DNA from: Octopus sinensis
Lineage: Eukaryota
Length of the DNA stretch: 64,000 nt
Assembly: GCF_006345805.1 (NCBI RefSeq)
Contig: NC_043010.1
Location: 59,768,001-59,832,000 of the forward strand
Direction: 5' to 3'
This document shows positions 11,696-25,937 of this stretch, piece after piece. Position 1 is the first letter of the stretch; each line of letters opens with the position of its first letter. Under the pieces are notes generated by a model that ran no database searches, was not told where the DNA came from, and was given only the letters and a program-made list of their open reading frames with translations. Made by a program: the position numbers and the translations under genes.

Positions 11696-11914
11696 GGCAG
11701 TGAGTTGGCAGAATTGTTAGCACACTCGGCAAAATGATTAGTGGCATTTTGTCTGCCTTCACATTCTGGGTTCAAATTCTGTTGAGGTCACCTTTGCCTT
11801 TCCTCTTTTCAGAATTGATAATATAAGTTGATTACATCCACCCCAGTAGATGTAATCAACTTACCCTGTACCCTAAAATTGCTGGCCTTGTGCCAAAATT
11901 TGAAATCAATATTT
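11696..11914 (+). mobile_element. tRNA-derived SINE
   Basis: ggcagaattgttagcac...gggttcaaattctgttgaggtcacctttgccttt...ggccttgtgccaaaatttgaaa; same family at 20673, 27678, 39590, 41745. Confidence 0.75.
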
Positions 11915-12067
11915 CTTTCTATTTTAAAATCTAAAAATGAAGTCTTGTCAGAGATAAATTATAATTCTGTGTTTTAATGTCAACCACATGAGTGCTTTTT
12001 ACATGTCACTGTCACAGGACTCTTGTAGGCCAGTCCTCTCCATCAGGGGTGGTGGCCTTAACACTTC

Positions 12068-12273
12068 TACTGTGGAGGATGGGTCTTCCGGAGTACAGCA
12101 AGGCACCAGATGTCTTGGTCTTTTGTCATCTCCAATGAAAGGTTCCGTGTTCTGAGGTTGTCCTTTGGTACTTCGTCCCATATCTTCCTGAGTCTCCCTC
12201 TTCCATGAGTTCCATCTATTTCGACTGATTAGTCCTTCTTTATCAGGCTGTCAATATCCATCTGCATCACATG
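12068..12273 (-). mobile_element. RTE-clade LINE ORF2 C-terminal remnant
   Basis: Minus-strand translation HVMQMDIDSLIKKD*SVEIDGTHGRGRLRKIWDEVPKDNLRTRNLSLEMTKDQDIWCLAVLRKT resembles the RTE G.R.RGRP...W...V..D...L......DR..W C-terminus. Confidence 0.65.
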
Positions 12274-12466
12274 GAAATATATGCTATTTAATTAATGATC
12301 AGCTATCAGAATCACAAACGCGCAAATTACAGTTAAACAATGATGATGATGATGATGATAACTAGCAAATATTTGTGTGATTGAAATGGCTTTTTCTGCA
12401 TATCAAAAGTATAGAAAAAATATGCTTACACACTTTTGTGTTACAACTAGGCTTCTTAATTTGTGT

Positions 12467-12860
12467 CATCATCATCCCCATCATTTAATGTTCATTTTTC
12501 CACTCATGCATTGGTCAGCTGGAATTTGTTGTGGCAGAATTTCTATAACTGGATGCTCTATTTGTTATCGACCCTCACCTGTTTCTCGGCAAAGTAACAT
12601 TTCCCATTGACCGGACATGCTTCATGAAATGAGCAACTCTGGCTATATAATGGTCACCCTTGTTTAGAACCACCTTGTGATATCTAGACATGAGTATACA
12701 TAAAACACACTTATATATAAGACAGGCTTCTTTCAGTTCCCATGTGCTAAAGCCACTCAGAAGGCTTTGGTCAGCCTGGGGCTGTAGTAGCAGACACTTA
12801 TCTAAGGTACCATGCCATGAAACTGAACCCAAAACCACAAATTTGAGAAGCAGCTAAACC
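12467..12860 (-). mobile_element. SINE with (GAT)n tail
   Basis: Reverse-complement similarity to 28200-28380 and 28760-28905. Confidence 0.6.
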
Positions 12861-13315
12861 TGATAGACATAGCATTTAATTCTTCCTCAAATCACATCGT
12901 TCATTGCCAGGTGCCTCTGCAGGTAGAATAATAGAATAAGTAATTATGAACAGTTTATATCACATACTTTGCTTTTGTCATGTACATGAACAATGTTGTG
13001 TAAGGAAATCTTATTTTATTTCACTTTTTATGAATGGAACTGTGACTTGTAGAGTGAACTGAACACTCTGTTTATTAATGATTACTGTTGGTTGTAGGTG
13101 TTTCTTTAGTGAACAACATATGATTTTTATTGAATATTTTTTGAAATTCTATTGTTTTGTGTGGTTAATCTTATGATGTGGGTGTTTAATGTTTCTTAAC
13201 TTTTTCATGAGGATTTGTAATAAAATTGTGAATATATATTCCTAATTAGATTTTATATTTTCATTTCAGGTGTGGTTTACATTTTTGTTTTCTATAGAAG
13301 TCCTTCTTCATCCAA

Positions 13316-15685
13316 ATGGCAGATATGTTTGTAGCAATTTGCATACTTCTCTCTTGTATGCATTGTAGTCTGTGTAAAGACATTACCTTTCATGTAAAGG
13401 AGGAGAATGTTCCTTACTATTTCATAGGTGACATTGCTACTGAAACTCTTGTCACCAAAACTCTTTTAACTGACGATGCCAGTCTCTTCACATTTAATCA
13501 ACTTAAACAGAAAGGAACTCAACTGTTTAATGTAACAAAAGAAGGAAAATTGTACACAGCTCAAACTTTGGATGCCGAAGTTTTGTGTCGATATAACACT
13601 GAATGTTACAGAACTGTGAAAGTTGCTATCCATAAACATAAAACATTTATGAAGATCTTAAAGATTAAAGTCATAATAGAAGACACCAATGACCACCAAC
13701 CTGAGTTTCCTCAGAAAGAAATCACTCTACATTTTAGGGAAGCAGATGGTAAAGGTATGAAGAAGGCTATACCTAATGCTGTTGATAAAGATGTTGGATA
13801 TCAGAACAGGCTGATTAATTATAAATTGAGAAATAATTCTGTGAAATTTGTGCTGTCTGTTTCTAAAAGAGTGGATGGAATATCCAGATTGGAAATTGTT
13901 TTGAATGAAAAATTAGACAGAGAGCAAAAAGATATCTATCATGTTCAGGTATCAGCTACAGATGGGGGATCCCCACCTAAAGAATGTGTCTTAAAGATAA
14001 CAATAATAGTAGAAGATGAGAATGATAATTTACCTCTTTTCTCAAATGACCTCTACAATATTTCTATTCAGAATACTTATCAAATATACAAACCGATATT
14101 AACTCCTTCTGCAAATGATAAGGATAGTGGTAAAAATGGGATGATTTCTTATTATTTTAGTCCAATGACTTCTGATATTGACAAAACATACTTTGGCCTG
14201 AATAAAACAACTGGAGATATATTTCTAATTGATGAAATTGATATTGATGAAGAGAGGATTATGTATACACTTTATATAGAAGCCAGGGATGGAGGTAATC
14301 CACCCCTGAGTTCCATAGCAGCTGTCCATGTAAATGTTATCAACGAACACAACAAACCCCCAAATATTGATGTGAACTTTATTTCTACACAGAATCACAA
14401 CACAGCTACCATTCTGGAAGACATCAAAGTTGGTAGTTTCATTGCTTATGTGATGGTCACGGACAATGATGTTGGACACAATGGAGAGGTGAACTGTCAT
14501 ATCAAAGACGACACATTCAAACTACAGTCAATGGGATCGAAGGAATATAAAATAGTTCTAAAGAAAGCAGTAGACAGAGAGACACAGGAACATTATCACT
14601 TTACTGTGTCGTGTGAAGATAAAGGATTACCTGCTCTGAAAACTGATAAAGATCTGTCAATCCAAGTGTTGGATGTGAATGATGTAGAACCACACTTTAC
14701 GAAAGACACATTCAAGTTCCTTACCTATGAGAATGACAAAGCTAATTTCCCTATTGGCTTTATCAATGCTACAGACCCAGATATTGGTAAGGGAGGTGAA
14801 TTGTCTTATTCTCTGAGAAATAAACAGCAATATCGTCTGCCATTCCAGATTATCAACTCTGGCTTTATTTCAACAAACCAGTCTTTAGACAGAGAACACA
14901 GAGATTTCTATGAGTTTGAGGTTTTTGTGAAAGACAATGGAAGCCCATCTCTGAATAACACAGTGAATGTTGAAGTGGAAGTATTGGATAGAAATGATAA
15001 TGCTCCATATTTTACATTTCCTAGTGTTGACCATTTCACTCTTAATGTCCACTATCATCCGCAAAGTAAGAACGACATCACAGTTCTGAAAGCATCTGAT
15101 ATAGACAGTCACATGAATGCTTTTCTCAGGTATGAAATCGTTTCAGGTAACGAGAGACAGTTATTTAAACTGGATTCGTTCACTGGTGTGTTATCTTACT
15201 CTCGCACAGTTTACCAAAATGATGCCGGATCATATGAGCTTGAGTTTGTTGTGAAAGACAGTGGTACTCCAGTTCTGTCAGCAACAACTAGTGTGTCTTT
15301 GGCACTGACTGTTAGTAACAAGACGTCACCAATGTTCACAGCTGTGCACCTACCAAGTGATAACACCATAGATGCGACATTGTTGATTATCATTGTAGTA
15401 GCAGCTGTGATAGTATCTATAGCTATTGTGGTTTCTATAACCCTGTGTATTGTGAGATGTAACAATGTGAGAAATAGCTCATCTGAAAGAACAGCAGAAG
15501 AGAAACAGGCATACCAATGTCGCAATGAGATGAGACAGTTGATCTATCAAGGTAACAACAGTGTACCTGTGATGTCAGGCAATCGAGGAGAGATGTCAGA
15601 CAGATACGGTCATTCGAGGAGCCATTATTATCCTGAAGACTGGAAGACATCAACAATGAGTCGGACACTTCAGAAGTCTACAAAG
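13316..15685 (+). CDS. PCDH: Protocadherin U2 large exon
   Basis: ORF MADMFVAICILLSCMHCSLC..., six EC repeats plus TM; phase-0 donor AAG/GTAAAT. Joining to 18864-19014 and 19386-19504 gives ~879 aa in frame. Confidence 0.95.
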
Positions 15686-15789
15686 GTAAATTGCTATTAT
15701 GATCTGTGTGTGTGTGTGTGTGTTGTCTCTGAGCACATGGAGCAGTGTTTTATCTAAACTCTGTTTATGTTGTATTACCTCCTGAAAGT

Positions 15790-16080
15790 GATGTTGAGGG
15801 AAGGGTGTGGGCAGGGTAGAAATAGAGGGAGCCAGGGAGGGCAGCAAGGGGTAGGGAGGGTTGGAAAAAGAGAAAGGAAGTTAGAAATGGAGAAAGAAAG
15901 AGGGAGAAGGAAGGCAGGAAGGGGGAAAAGAAGAAAAAGTAAAAGATAGAAAAGAAGGGTGGGGAGGAAGGATGAAAGAGAGAGGAGAGAGAAGAAAGAA
16001 ATGAGGAAGTAAGAATTGGAGGGTGGGTGGGAGGAAAGAAGAAAGGAAGGGATGGAAGGGGACAGGAAAAAGGGAATGCA
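15790..16080. repeat. Purine-rich (GA/GGA/AAG) low-complexity tract
   Basis: Directly visible. Confidence 0.85.
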
Positions 16081-17082
16081 TTGCCAATCTGTTTATATCT
16101 GTATAAATGTAATTAGACACCTACTACTGTTGGTAATTTTCTTTTCTTTCTTTGGACTTTTCCCTTTCTCCTTTCCAATGAAGAGCTATGCTCGAAACGT
16201 CAAACTCCCTCTTTTAATCGAGCATTTCTTGTGCACGTCCTCTTGTTATCGATTAATTTGACTTGTTTATTTGAATTGACTGTGTATATATATATATATG
16301 TATACTTCCAAGTAAGTTTATCTTAACATATATGTACATATATACACATACATACATTCATATACATATATATACATATACATATATTAGAAGAAATGAG
16401 GTACCCAGAAATCCGGATGGTTTTAGATTTACAGATATTTATTTGTATGTTACATGTTTTTATAAATCATACATCATATAATAGCGCTTTCTTCCACTCT
16501 AGTGGAGTCTTCAAATTGAACTAAGTTTTTCCAGGAGTTTTGACTCTTTTTATAGTATTATTGAGTGTGTCGTGGTGGAGGGAGATATAAGATAGTACAA
16601 GAGGGTGAGGAATGGGGAGAAAGTGAGAGAGATCATGTGTGTGTGTATGTGTGCGTGTGTGTGCCTGTGTGTGTGTATGTGTGTTTTTGTATCTGAAACG
16701 TGTGTTAAAGAAAAAGAAGGAAAGAAAGAAAAGGTAGAGAAAGAAGAAAAAATTTTTGTTGATCTCTTTGCAGCTGGTTAGGTTGTCAATAATAATTTAT
16801 TCTTGGCTTTTAGTAATGGCAAATCCAGCTGTTTACTCCAAGGGGGGCAAAATGTCACTTTTCAAAAAATTGTCTGGATTTCCTTTTTGTCATTGTCTTG
16901 TGAGAGAGTGTGTGTGTGTGTTTGTGCATGTGTGTGTGTGTTTGTATCTGAAAATGGTGTTAAAGAAAAAGAAAGAAAGGAAGAAGGAGAGAAAATTTGT
17001 GATTTACTTTGCATTGTTTTGGCCTTACCCATGATCTTTTATACAATATATTCTACACAATGCTTCACAGTAATTATTCCGT

Positions 17083-17087
<5 letters not shown>

Positions 17088-17128
<41 letters not shown>

Positions 17129-17225
17129 GTATATGTATGTATGTATATATATGTATATATATGTTTGTATATATATGTTTGTATATATATGTATATATGT
17201 ATGTGTATATATGTATGTATATATA

Positions 17226-17256
<31 letters not shown>

Positions 17257-17503
17257 GAATGTATATATATGTATGTATATATATATATATGTATATATGT
17301 ATGTATATATATATATATATGTATATATATATGTATATGTATATATATATATATGTATATGTATATGTATATGTATATATATATGTATATGTATATATAT
17401 ATGTATATGTATATATATATATATGTATATGTATATATATATGTATATGTATATATATGTATATGTATATATATATGTATATATATATATATATATGTAT
17501 ATG

Positions 17504-17552
<49 letters not shown>

Positions 17553-17618
17553 GTATATTTATATATATGTATATATATATGTATATTTATATATATGTAT
17601 ATATATATGTATATATAT

Positions 17619-17650
<32 letters not shown>

Positions 17651-17707
17651 TTATATATGTGTATATATATATATATATGTATATTTATATATATGTATAT
17701 ATATATG

Positions 17708-17771
<64 letters not shown>

Positions 17772-17850
17772 TATATCATCATCATCGTTTAACGTCCGCT
17801 TTCCATTGTATATATATATGTGTATATGTATATATATATATATGTGTGTG

Positions 17851-17890
<40 letters not shown>

Positions 17891-17910
17891 CTTGTATACA
17901 CACATACTGT

Positions 17911-17947
<37 letters not shown>

Positions 17948-17955
17948 GTACATAC
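17088..17955. repeat. Very long compound (TA)n/(TATG)n microsatellite
   Basis: ~870 bp of TA/TG dinucleotides, interrupted by a short (CAT)n SINE-tail fragment near 17775-17808. Confidence 0.95.
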
Positions 17956-18863
17956 ACACCATTAACCACCTCTTATATGATATCACCACTATCTACCCAT
18001 TTGTATACGGCATTAACCATATCTACCTGGTTATATCTGATATCCTTGCTAGTTGAAGAATGCTAGACAGATTCAGATTCTGTGTTGTAATTCTGGGGTC
18101 TTTTAGCTTAGAAAGGTCATACACTGTCAACATTAATGGGGAAATTCAATTTCCTGTTTGTATTGATATCTGGAAGTAATGGTGGAAGGGGAATAACTAT
18201 CTCTGCAAGGGAATGATGGGGAGGTGGGTGTGGACTGAATCAGCTGAAGATGTCCGAGGCAGGGTTAAGGGAAGGAAAATATGAGTCATACAAGGAATCT
18301 ATTAAATAGTTGTTAGAGGAAATTACTTATTTTACTGTGATTAGAGCTGCAGGAACTGTGGTTCTCTCTGTTGTCATTTCTCTAGTCTTAAATAAAGCTG
18401 AAGATAAGAAAACTGAAAAGTGAAGGGGAAAGGGCCTGGAATTGTTTCTCAAAAACGATTATTTTGTATTTAATGAATACAAATGATTATAAACGAATTA
18501 TTATATGGATTGCTAAACATGAGTCACTCCGATGAACTTATTAAGGATAGAAATAAGGAAGAAAAAGAACACTGTTGATCAGACTAAACTTTGGTCATTT
18601 CCATTCATTCTGAAGACACGGAATAAATCTACTGCAACAAAGAATTTTAGACAACACTCTCTAGTATTGCTTGCCACAGTGAATTTTGTAGGGTTGACCA
18701 TAGAAGTATCTGTTAAAATTAATATAATATTACTAATATTATCAATATTATTAACACAGTTTTTTTTTAATTTAATGGTGTGGTCTGGAAGTAGGGGCTG
18801 TGTTTACGGCCTATGTTTGTATTATGCCATACCCACTGATAAATGCCTTTTATTACTCATCAG

Positions 18864-19014
18864 AAATACAGTCAACCCATTGAGGTGACATCTTATGGAG
18901 ACAACAGACCGTCTTCTAACTATCCCACCGACACATTGACCAGTCGTAAGAGCAGTGGACAGTGCTGGAGTGAGCGGTCAAGTAGACAGTATGAAGAAAT
19001 ACCAGCAATGTCAG
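18864..19014 (+). CDS. PCDH: U2 exon 3
   Basis: catcag acceptor; same 50-codon tail peptide ending QYEEIPAMS; GTAAGA donor. Confidence 0.9.
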
Positions 19015-19385
19015 GTAAGAGACTTTGTAATTTCTTCTTTTCATATAAGTGGTATTACTAAAGAGTTTTTGAAAATTTTAAAGAAACATATTTTCTAGTC
19101 TCGTGTATTTTGTCTGTTTAATCTGTTTGAGAGTTCAGTGTAATATATATGATAGGTGTGTGTAAATTTCTAGGAGAAAATTAGGTTTTTTAAATTATAT
19201 TTAGAAATATAAATATACATTTATTAATATCATTATTTCCTTTTCATTTGTGTCATTGCCTCTTAGAAAGCATAAAAACTCATCTAAATTAAATAAAATA
19301 TCATAGAGTGGATTAAAATAATGAAATCTCAATTGAAATGTTTGGTGAAATGACCAATGGTGTTGATATATTTCTTATTTTTCAG

Positions 19386-19504
19386 GACATTACACTATCC
19401 AATCAGATATGTCAGCCAATAATGAAAGACAACTATACCAAGAGAGATATGTAAAAAACCCTGAGAGACAGTTGCCTTCACCACCAGATGTTGTAAATCA
19501 GTGA
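19386..19504 (+). CDS. PCDH: U2 terminal exon 4
   Basis: tttcag acceptor; (G)HYTIQSDMSANNERQLYQERYVKNPERQLPSPPDVVNQ*. Confidence 0.85.
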
Positions 19505-20007
19505 CATTTTAATTGGTAACCTGGCAACAGTAAAACAAATTGCCATCATTGAAAATATTGTTCTAAAGCATATTCAGTTTATTTAAGTTAGTTAAGTGAG
19601 AAAGTATTAATTAATGATAATGTATTAATAATTTGATTTCTAAGAAAAGAAATTTTCAAAAATATACTTTTGGTTAATTTCATTGAATTATTTTCTTTTT
19701 AACTTTAACAAAATGAATGGATCATAAATATTTCATTCATAGCTTTGAGCATTTTAGGCAAATCATATACAGGTGAATTAATATTTGAAAGGCAAATTAG
19801 AATACTTCTCTCAACATTCCTATCACTTACAGGAAATAATTCACATTTAGATTGTATAGAACTTCTGATTACATCATCAGTTAGGGATGTTTTACTAACA
19901 TTAGTTACACTGACTTACAATATCCTCTCCTAAATACTAAATACTTTTATTCTCTCTTTACACAAGTGGATATTCCCATGAAATGATCAAAGTTATCTTC
20001 TCTCTAT

Positions 20008-20139
20008 CATGTTGGTGTTATGTGGACCTTTTACAACTGACTCTTAAGGGAACAGATATTGTATGTTCCCCTTATCTTTTGCTCTATGTTTAGGGAAACA
20101 GAGCATTTACTCTGAGTGAGGCTGGAGTAAGCATCACTC
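20008..20139 (+). promoter_or_regulatory. Diverged upstream blocks A+B of U3
   Basis: catgttggtgttatgtggacc...ctgactcttaagggaacagatattg; gaggctggagtaagcatcac. Confidence 0.55.
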
Positions 20140-20204
20140 GAGTCTCTCTCACACAAACACACACTTATACACATTTACTCTCACACACTCTCAAGCCACC
20201 ACCC

Positions 20205-20380
20205 TTCCACAGAGGAAGACTGAGAGGGAACTGCTGGTTCCCACTGACTCACCACCAACACTATTCCATCAACATGAAGCCATTGTCACACCATAGCCGC
20301 AGTGACACAGACAACCATTAACAACAGAACATTGGGACCAAGTCACAATTTATAACAACAAAGGATTTTACACAATCAAT
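20205..20380 (+). other. Leader exon 1 of U3
   Basis: Conserved block; uORF 20274-20321; donor GTAAGT at 20381. Confidence 0.75.
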
Positions 20381-20672
20381 GTAAGTTTATATTTTCATAA
20401 ATATTTCCTTGCTTGTCAATATTTATTTTCATCTCCATATTCTGTTTTCAAATTACTCCAGAATCAACTTTGCCTTTCATCCCTCCTGAAGCAAGAGAAT
20501 AAATACAAGGTATTTACTCAAACCCAGTTCAATTGGCAGGACCTTCTCCTTTACATATATGGAGTCTTGTGACAATATAAGAAATTGATATTAGAAGTAT
20601 ATTTGAAGAATAACACAGAATTTCAAAAAATAAAATACAATCAATTCAGAGCATCTTTATGGAATTTATATT

Positions 20673-20918
20673 CTTTTCTGCTCTAGGCACAAGGTCCAAA
20701 ATTTGGTGGGAGGGGGTCAGTCGATTAGATCGACTCCTGTACACAACTGGTACTTAATTTATCGACTCCAGTATGCAACTGGTACTTAATCTATCAACCC
20801 CGAAAGGATGAAAGGCAAAGTTGACCTTGTCGAAATTTGAACTCAGAATGTAAAGGCAGACGAAATACTGCTAAGCATTTCGCCTGGCATGCTAACGTCT
20901 CTGTCAGCTCAGCACCTT
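20673..20918 (-). mobile_element. tRNA-derived SINE with 17-bp target-site duplication
   Basis: Flanked by direct repeats tttatggaatttatatt (20656-20672 and 20919-20935). Confidence 0.85.
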
Positions 20919-21567
20919 TTTATGGAATTTATATTATTGCAGACATCACACTCATCAATCCATAAATTTTGTGTAGAGATGTTTTTATATAAAGCATAAA
21001 TGTCATTTATGTGACTTAAGATTTTCATGTTGTAGATTGTCATCAATTAAAATTAATTAGTGATACATTTAAAAAGAAATACATGGATGCATTCATTTCT
21101 CAGCAGTTATTAAGATCATTCATTTCCCTATTCATAATTACTAAGCAGTCATGTTTCTTCTCTCTGAAAGTGCAATTTATCAACAAGAGATCAAAATGCA
21201 ATATTATTTCCACACAAAAAGATAATGTTGAGTTGACATTTTCTTCTTGCTGTTCTCTTTCGACACTTTAGAAAATCAGACACAACAGACAGAATATGAT
21301 TTCATTGTTATAATTGCTTCCCCTATTTACTCTTGCTGGTTAAATCATTTTCTATTACTTTGGTTCTGTATTTTCATATGTTGTTTAATTACAGAGCATT
21401 AAAGATATTAGCTGCAATATTAGTTGCTGTAGCTGTGACAAACATTATTATTATGATGAAATCATATTAATATAAAGGATAGATAGACATTAACATTTGC
21501 AACCGTGAAAAACAAAAATATAACGTTTGCTGCAGGAAGTTGAAACAACATTTATTGTACCATGGGA

Positions 21568-21700
21568 CAGGCAAGGCCGTGTGGTTAAGAAGTTCGTTTA
21601 CAATCACATAGGTCTGAGTTCAGTGCCTTTTTGTGGCACCCAAGGCAGCATCTTCTAGCAGAGCCTCAACCTGACCAGTTTCGTGAGTAAAGTTTGATAG
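21568..21700 (+). mobile_element. Degenerate SINE 5' part
   Basis: gccgtgtggttaagaagttcg...gagttcagtgcc...gtggcacc; similar to 28205-28360. Confidence 0.45.
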
Positions 21701-23317
21701 GTGGCAACATTCCTGTTCCTAGGTGGCAGACTTAATCATCCATTGTCTGCTTTAATACCACCTTCCATCTCTTGGGTTCCTCGATCAGAGTCCACTCTGC
21801 TGCAAGCTCTTAAGCCAGGCTCTCCCATCCAGCTGTTGAGCAGTCATGGGCACTGCCCTTCTTCCTCTCACAAATCTCTCTCCCAAGCTAAAGAGGTGAT
21901 TCCACCTCTTAGAGATACCATTAGTTGATCTCTGTGGTATAAACTATGAGTGAAACCAGAGATTGGGACAATTTAGCCAGTCCACGTTGCTCATTCTCAT
22001 TTGCCTACAATAAAATATTACTGAGGCACGGACCGTTCCCTTCCCGAAGCAATAAGAAACATGTCAGAATACAATCTAAGGGAGGTAACTCCAATACTTG
22101 ACTTTTTCCTCTTTAAATAATTTTTGTCGTGGTATCTTTATTTTGGTTTAAAACTTGACAAAAGAAACCTGTCTTTGTTTTATTGCTTATTCCTTATAGA
22201 AGATCAGCTCAACTGCTAAAAGAAAGAGAAGGGGTTAATCTTAGAGCAGAGCCTTGACCTATTAAAGATAAGTAAGGGCCATATGGCGGTATTAAATTGG
22301 GAGACACATTAAGTCCCCCACCACAAAAAAAAAAGAAGAAAAAATAGAAACTGCCCCACCGACGAGTTTCCATAGAGTTCCTGTCCACTAAATTCCACTG
22401 ACATGGCTTTGGTCGACCTGAGAACAGAGGAGGCCCAAGGTGTTGTGCTTGCGGGGCTAAATCCTAAACAAAATAGCTGTCAAGCAAACTGAACAAAATA
22501 GCCATGCTTACCTGCCATTGTATAAACCTCAGTTATTTCAGCTTTGAAGGTGACACTTTGTTGTTTTTCTTGTTATAGAGAGTGGTATTGGGAAATGGCT
22601 GAAGATGCAATGGTTTGGGGTAAGGTGGTGGTGGTGGGAGTAGTGATGACAGTCGAAGTTACGCTCAACTTGTTAACAAATTCTCATCCATATTTCATTA
22701 ACTTATAAATTAACCATTCTACCCCTAATAGTCCATATTAGATAATAAATTACAGCTGTGTAAATTAACAAAACTATCATTTTAACATGAAGGTGGTTCT
22801 CTTCCTTACCAATTGTTAAGATGTTGTCAGAGACAAACTATATTTTTGAGAAACACTGGAAACAGTTTTATTATATGGAAGAAAAGAAAAATGAGTTGAG
22901 TTTGATTTGATGGAAATGTAAAATAGGCAGAGAGCAAAATCAAGTTTCAGGATTTGGGACTTCACAGATGAGACGGCAGTGAGAAACCCCTGGTATAGAA
23001 ATGATAATAAAATACCTGTGTATGTAATCTTTTACAACTTCAGTTAAATTGTTGACTTGTGAATTAATGCATTGTGGCTGGATATTTTGCTTTCAATATT
23101 GAATCTAATTCTTAGTTTAGTAATACATGAACAAATATAGAACTCACATTCTACTCTATAAGTCTAATACTGTTATTTTGGAGCTATAAAATGTTATTCT
23201 TCAACTAATTTAAAAACATGGTCTCTTAATTTTCTTCTTACTATCTCATTTATCTTTTTCAGATGAAGACATTGTCTGCTGTAAAGTGCTGCCCTTTACA
23301 CTAACTTGAGACTAAAA

Positions 23318-25675
23318 ATGCTAACTTATTTATCTATCATCTTGGCTTTCTTCCACTGTTGCTACAATGAACTTATCTATGTAGTGGAGGAAGAAAATAC
23401 TGCTAACTCTTATATTGGAGATATTGCTGAAGATTCTGGTCTCTGGGACAGTTTAAAACACCATGAAAGACACTTACTCACATTCATCCAGCTACAGCAG
23501 AATGGAAGACATCTATTTAATATCACTAAACCAGGGAAAATGTTCACTGTTCATCCATTGGATGCTGAGACTCTCTGTATTCTTGAAAAACAGTGCATTC
23601 ATACAATCAACGTTGCAGCTCACAAAGGAAAAGAGTTTATAAAAATTCTAAAGATCAAAATCATTATTGAAGACATCAATGACCACTGGCCTACATTCCC
23701 TGTCGATCATATCATCTTACAGTTTTCTGAAATGGATGGCCAAGGCAGGAGAAGATCAATCCCAGACGCCACAGACAAGGATGTTGGCAGTCAAAATCGA
23801 TTAATTATGTACAAATTAAAGAAAAAACGAAATTATCCTTTTACTCTACAAGATTTTAAAAGAGCAGATGGAACTTCTCACCTAGATATCGTCTTGGAAG
23901 GTAAACTGGACAGAGAAATTAAAGCTGTTTACAATTTTGAAGTTATTGCTGAAGATGGTGGGAATCCTCCAAAACAAACAATTCTAAATGTTGAAATAAA
24001 TATCTCAGATGTTAATGATAATTCACCAGTTTTTTCTCAGAGAATTTACAGAATTAATATCAATGACACACATCCAAAACATAAGGCAATTGTTACATTA
24101 TCTGCTTACGACTTTGATATTGGTAACAATGGTGAAATATCTTACTATTTTAGTCCTATAACATCTGAAACATTGACTAAATATTTTACATTAAATAGAA
24201 AAAATGGAGAAATTTTATTGTCTACAAATTTAAATTTAGGTAAATTGGATACATCGAAAATATTCATAGAAGCCAGAGATAGGGGCAACCCTCCTCTCAG
24301 TTCCATAGCAACTGTTATGGTAAGTGTCATCAACCAACACAACAATCCTCCAAATATTGATGTGAACTTTATTTTTACACGGAATCACAACACAGCTACC
24401 ATTCTGGAAGACTTCAAAGTTGGTAGTTTCATTGCTTATGTGATGGTCACTGACAACGATGTTGGACACAATGGACAGGTGAACTGTCATATCAAAGACG
24501 ACACATTCAAACTACAGTCAATGGGATCGAAGGAATATAAAATAGTTCTAAAGAAAGCAGTAGACAGAGAGACACAGGAACATTATCACTTCACTGTGTC
24601 GTGTGAAGATAAAGGATTACCTGCTCTGAAAACTGATAAAGATCTGTCAATCCAAGTGTTGGATGTGAATGATGTAGAGCCACACTTTACGAAAGACACA
24701 TTCAAGTTCCTTACCTATGAGAATGACAAAGCTAATTTCTCTATTGGCTTTATCAATGCTACAGACCCAGATATTGGTAAGGGAGGTGAATTGTCTTATT
24801 CTCTGAGAAATAAACAGCAATATCGTCTGCCATTCCAGATTATCAACTCTGGCTTTATTTCAACAAACCAGTCTTTAGACAGAGAACACAGAGATTTCTA
24901 TGAGTTTGAGGTTTTTGTGAAAGACAATGGAAGCCCATCTCTGAATAACACAGTGAATGTTGAAGTGGAAGTATTGGATAGAAATGATAATGCTCCATAT
25001 TTTACATTTCCTAGTGTTGACCCTTTCACTCTTAATGTCCACTATCATCCGCAAAGTAAGAACGACATCACAGTTCTGAAAGCATCTGATATAGACAGTC
25101 ACATGAATGCTTTTCTCAGGTATGAAATCGTTTCAGGTAACGAGAGACAGTTATTTAAACTGGACTCGTTCATTGGTGTGTTATCTTACTCTCGCACAGT
25201 TTACCAAAATGATGCCGGATCATATGAGCTTGAGTTTGTTGTGAAAGACAGTGGTACTCCAGTTCTGTCAGCAACAACTAGTGTGTCTTTGACACTGACT
25301 GTTAGTAACAAGACGTCACCAATGTTCACAGCTGTGCACCTACCAAGCGATAACACAATAGATGCGACATTGTTGATTATCATTGTAGTAGCAGCTGTGA
25401 TAGTATCTATAGCTATTGTGGTTTCTATAACCCTGTGTATTGTGAGATGTAACAATGTGAGAAATAGCTCATCTGAAAGAACAGCAGAAGAGAAACAGGC
25501 ATACCAATGTCGCAATGAGATGAGACAGTTGATCTATCAAGGTAACAACAGTGTACCTGTGATGTCAGGTAATCGAGGAGAGATGTCAGACAGATTTGGT
25601 CATTCGAGGAGCCATTACTATCCCGAAGACTGGAAGACATCGACAATGAACAGAAGCTTACCAATAAACTTTAAG
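23318..25675 (+). CDS. PCDH: Protocadherin U3 large exon
   Basis: Acceptor ttttcag at 23262; ATG 23318 MLTYLSIILAFFHCCYN; six EC plus TM; phase-0 donor AAG/GTAAGT. Joining to 29488-29623 and 29716-29840 gives ~872 aa in frame. Confidence 0.95.
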
Positions 25676-25937
25676 GTAAGTTTGTTAATGTACCACACTT
25701 TTTCGATTTTTGTTCTCTATTTTTAGTAGCTTTAACATGTTCATTTTAGCTTTGCAACACATTGCTTGAATGAAATAACTCAAATGAAAGGTATCCAGCC
25801 TGATTGTAGAAATAATGTTTAGATTGATGATATTTACCTTATAATAATGTGTTTTTATTTTCCTACAATCTGTACAAATCTTTCGTTTTTGGATTTGGTT
25901 TGCAAGATTCTTTATATGAGTTCGTGTGTTGAAGCAT

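Noticed and set aside
17039-18066. Long YI/YM-repeat ORFs up to 315 aa
   Set aside because: Translations of a (TA)n/(TATG)n microsatellite
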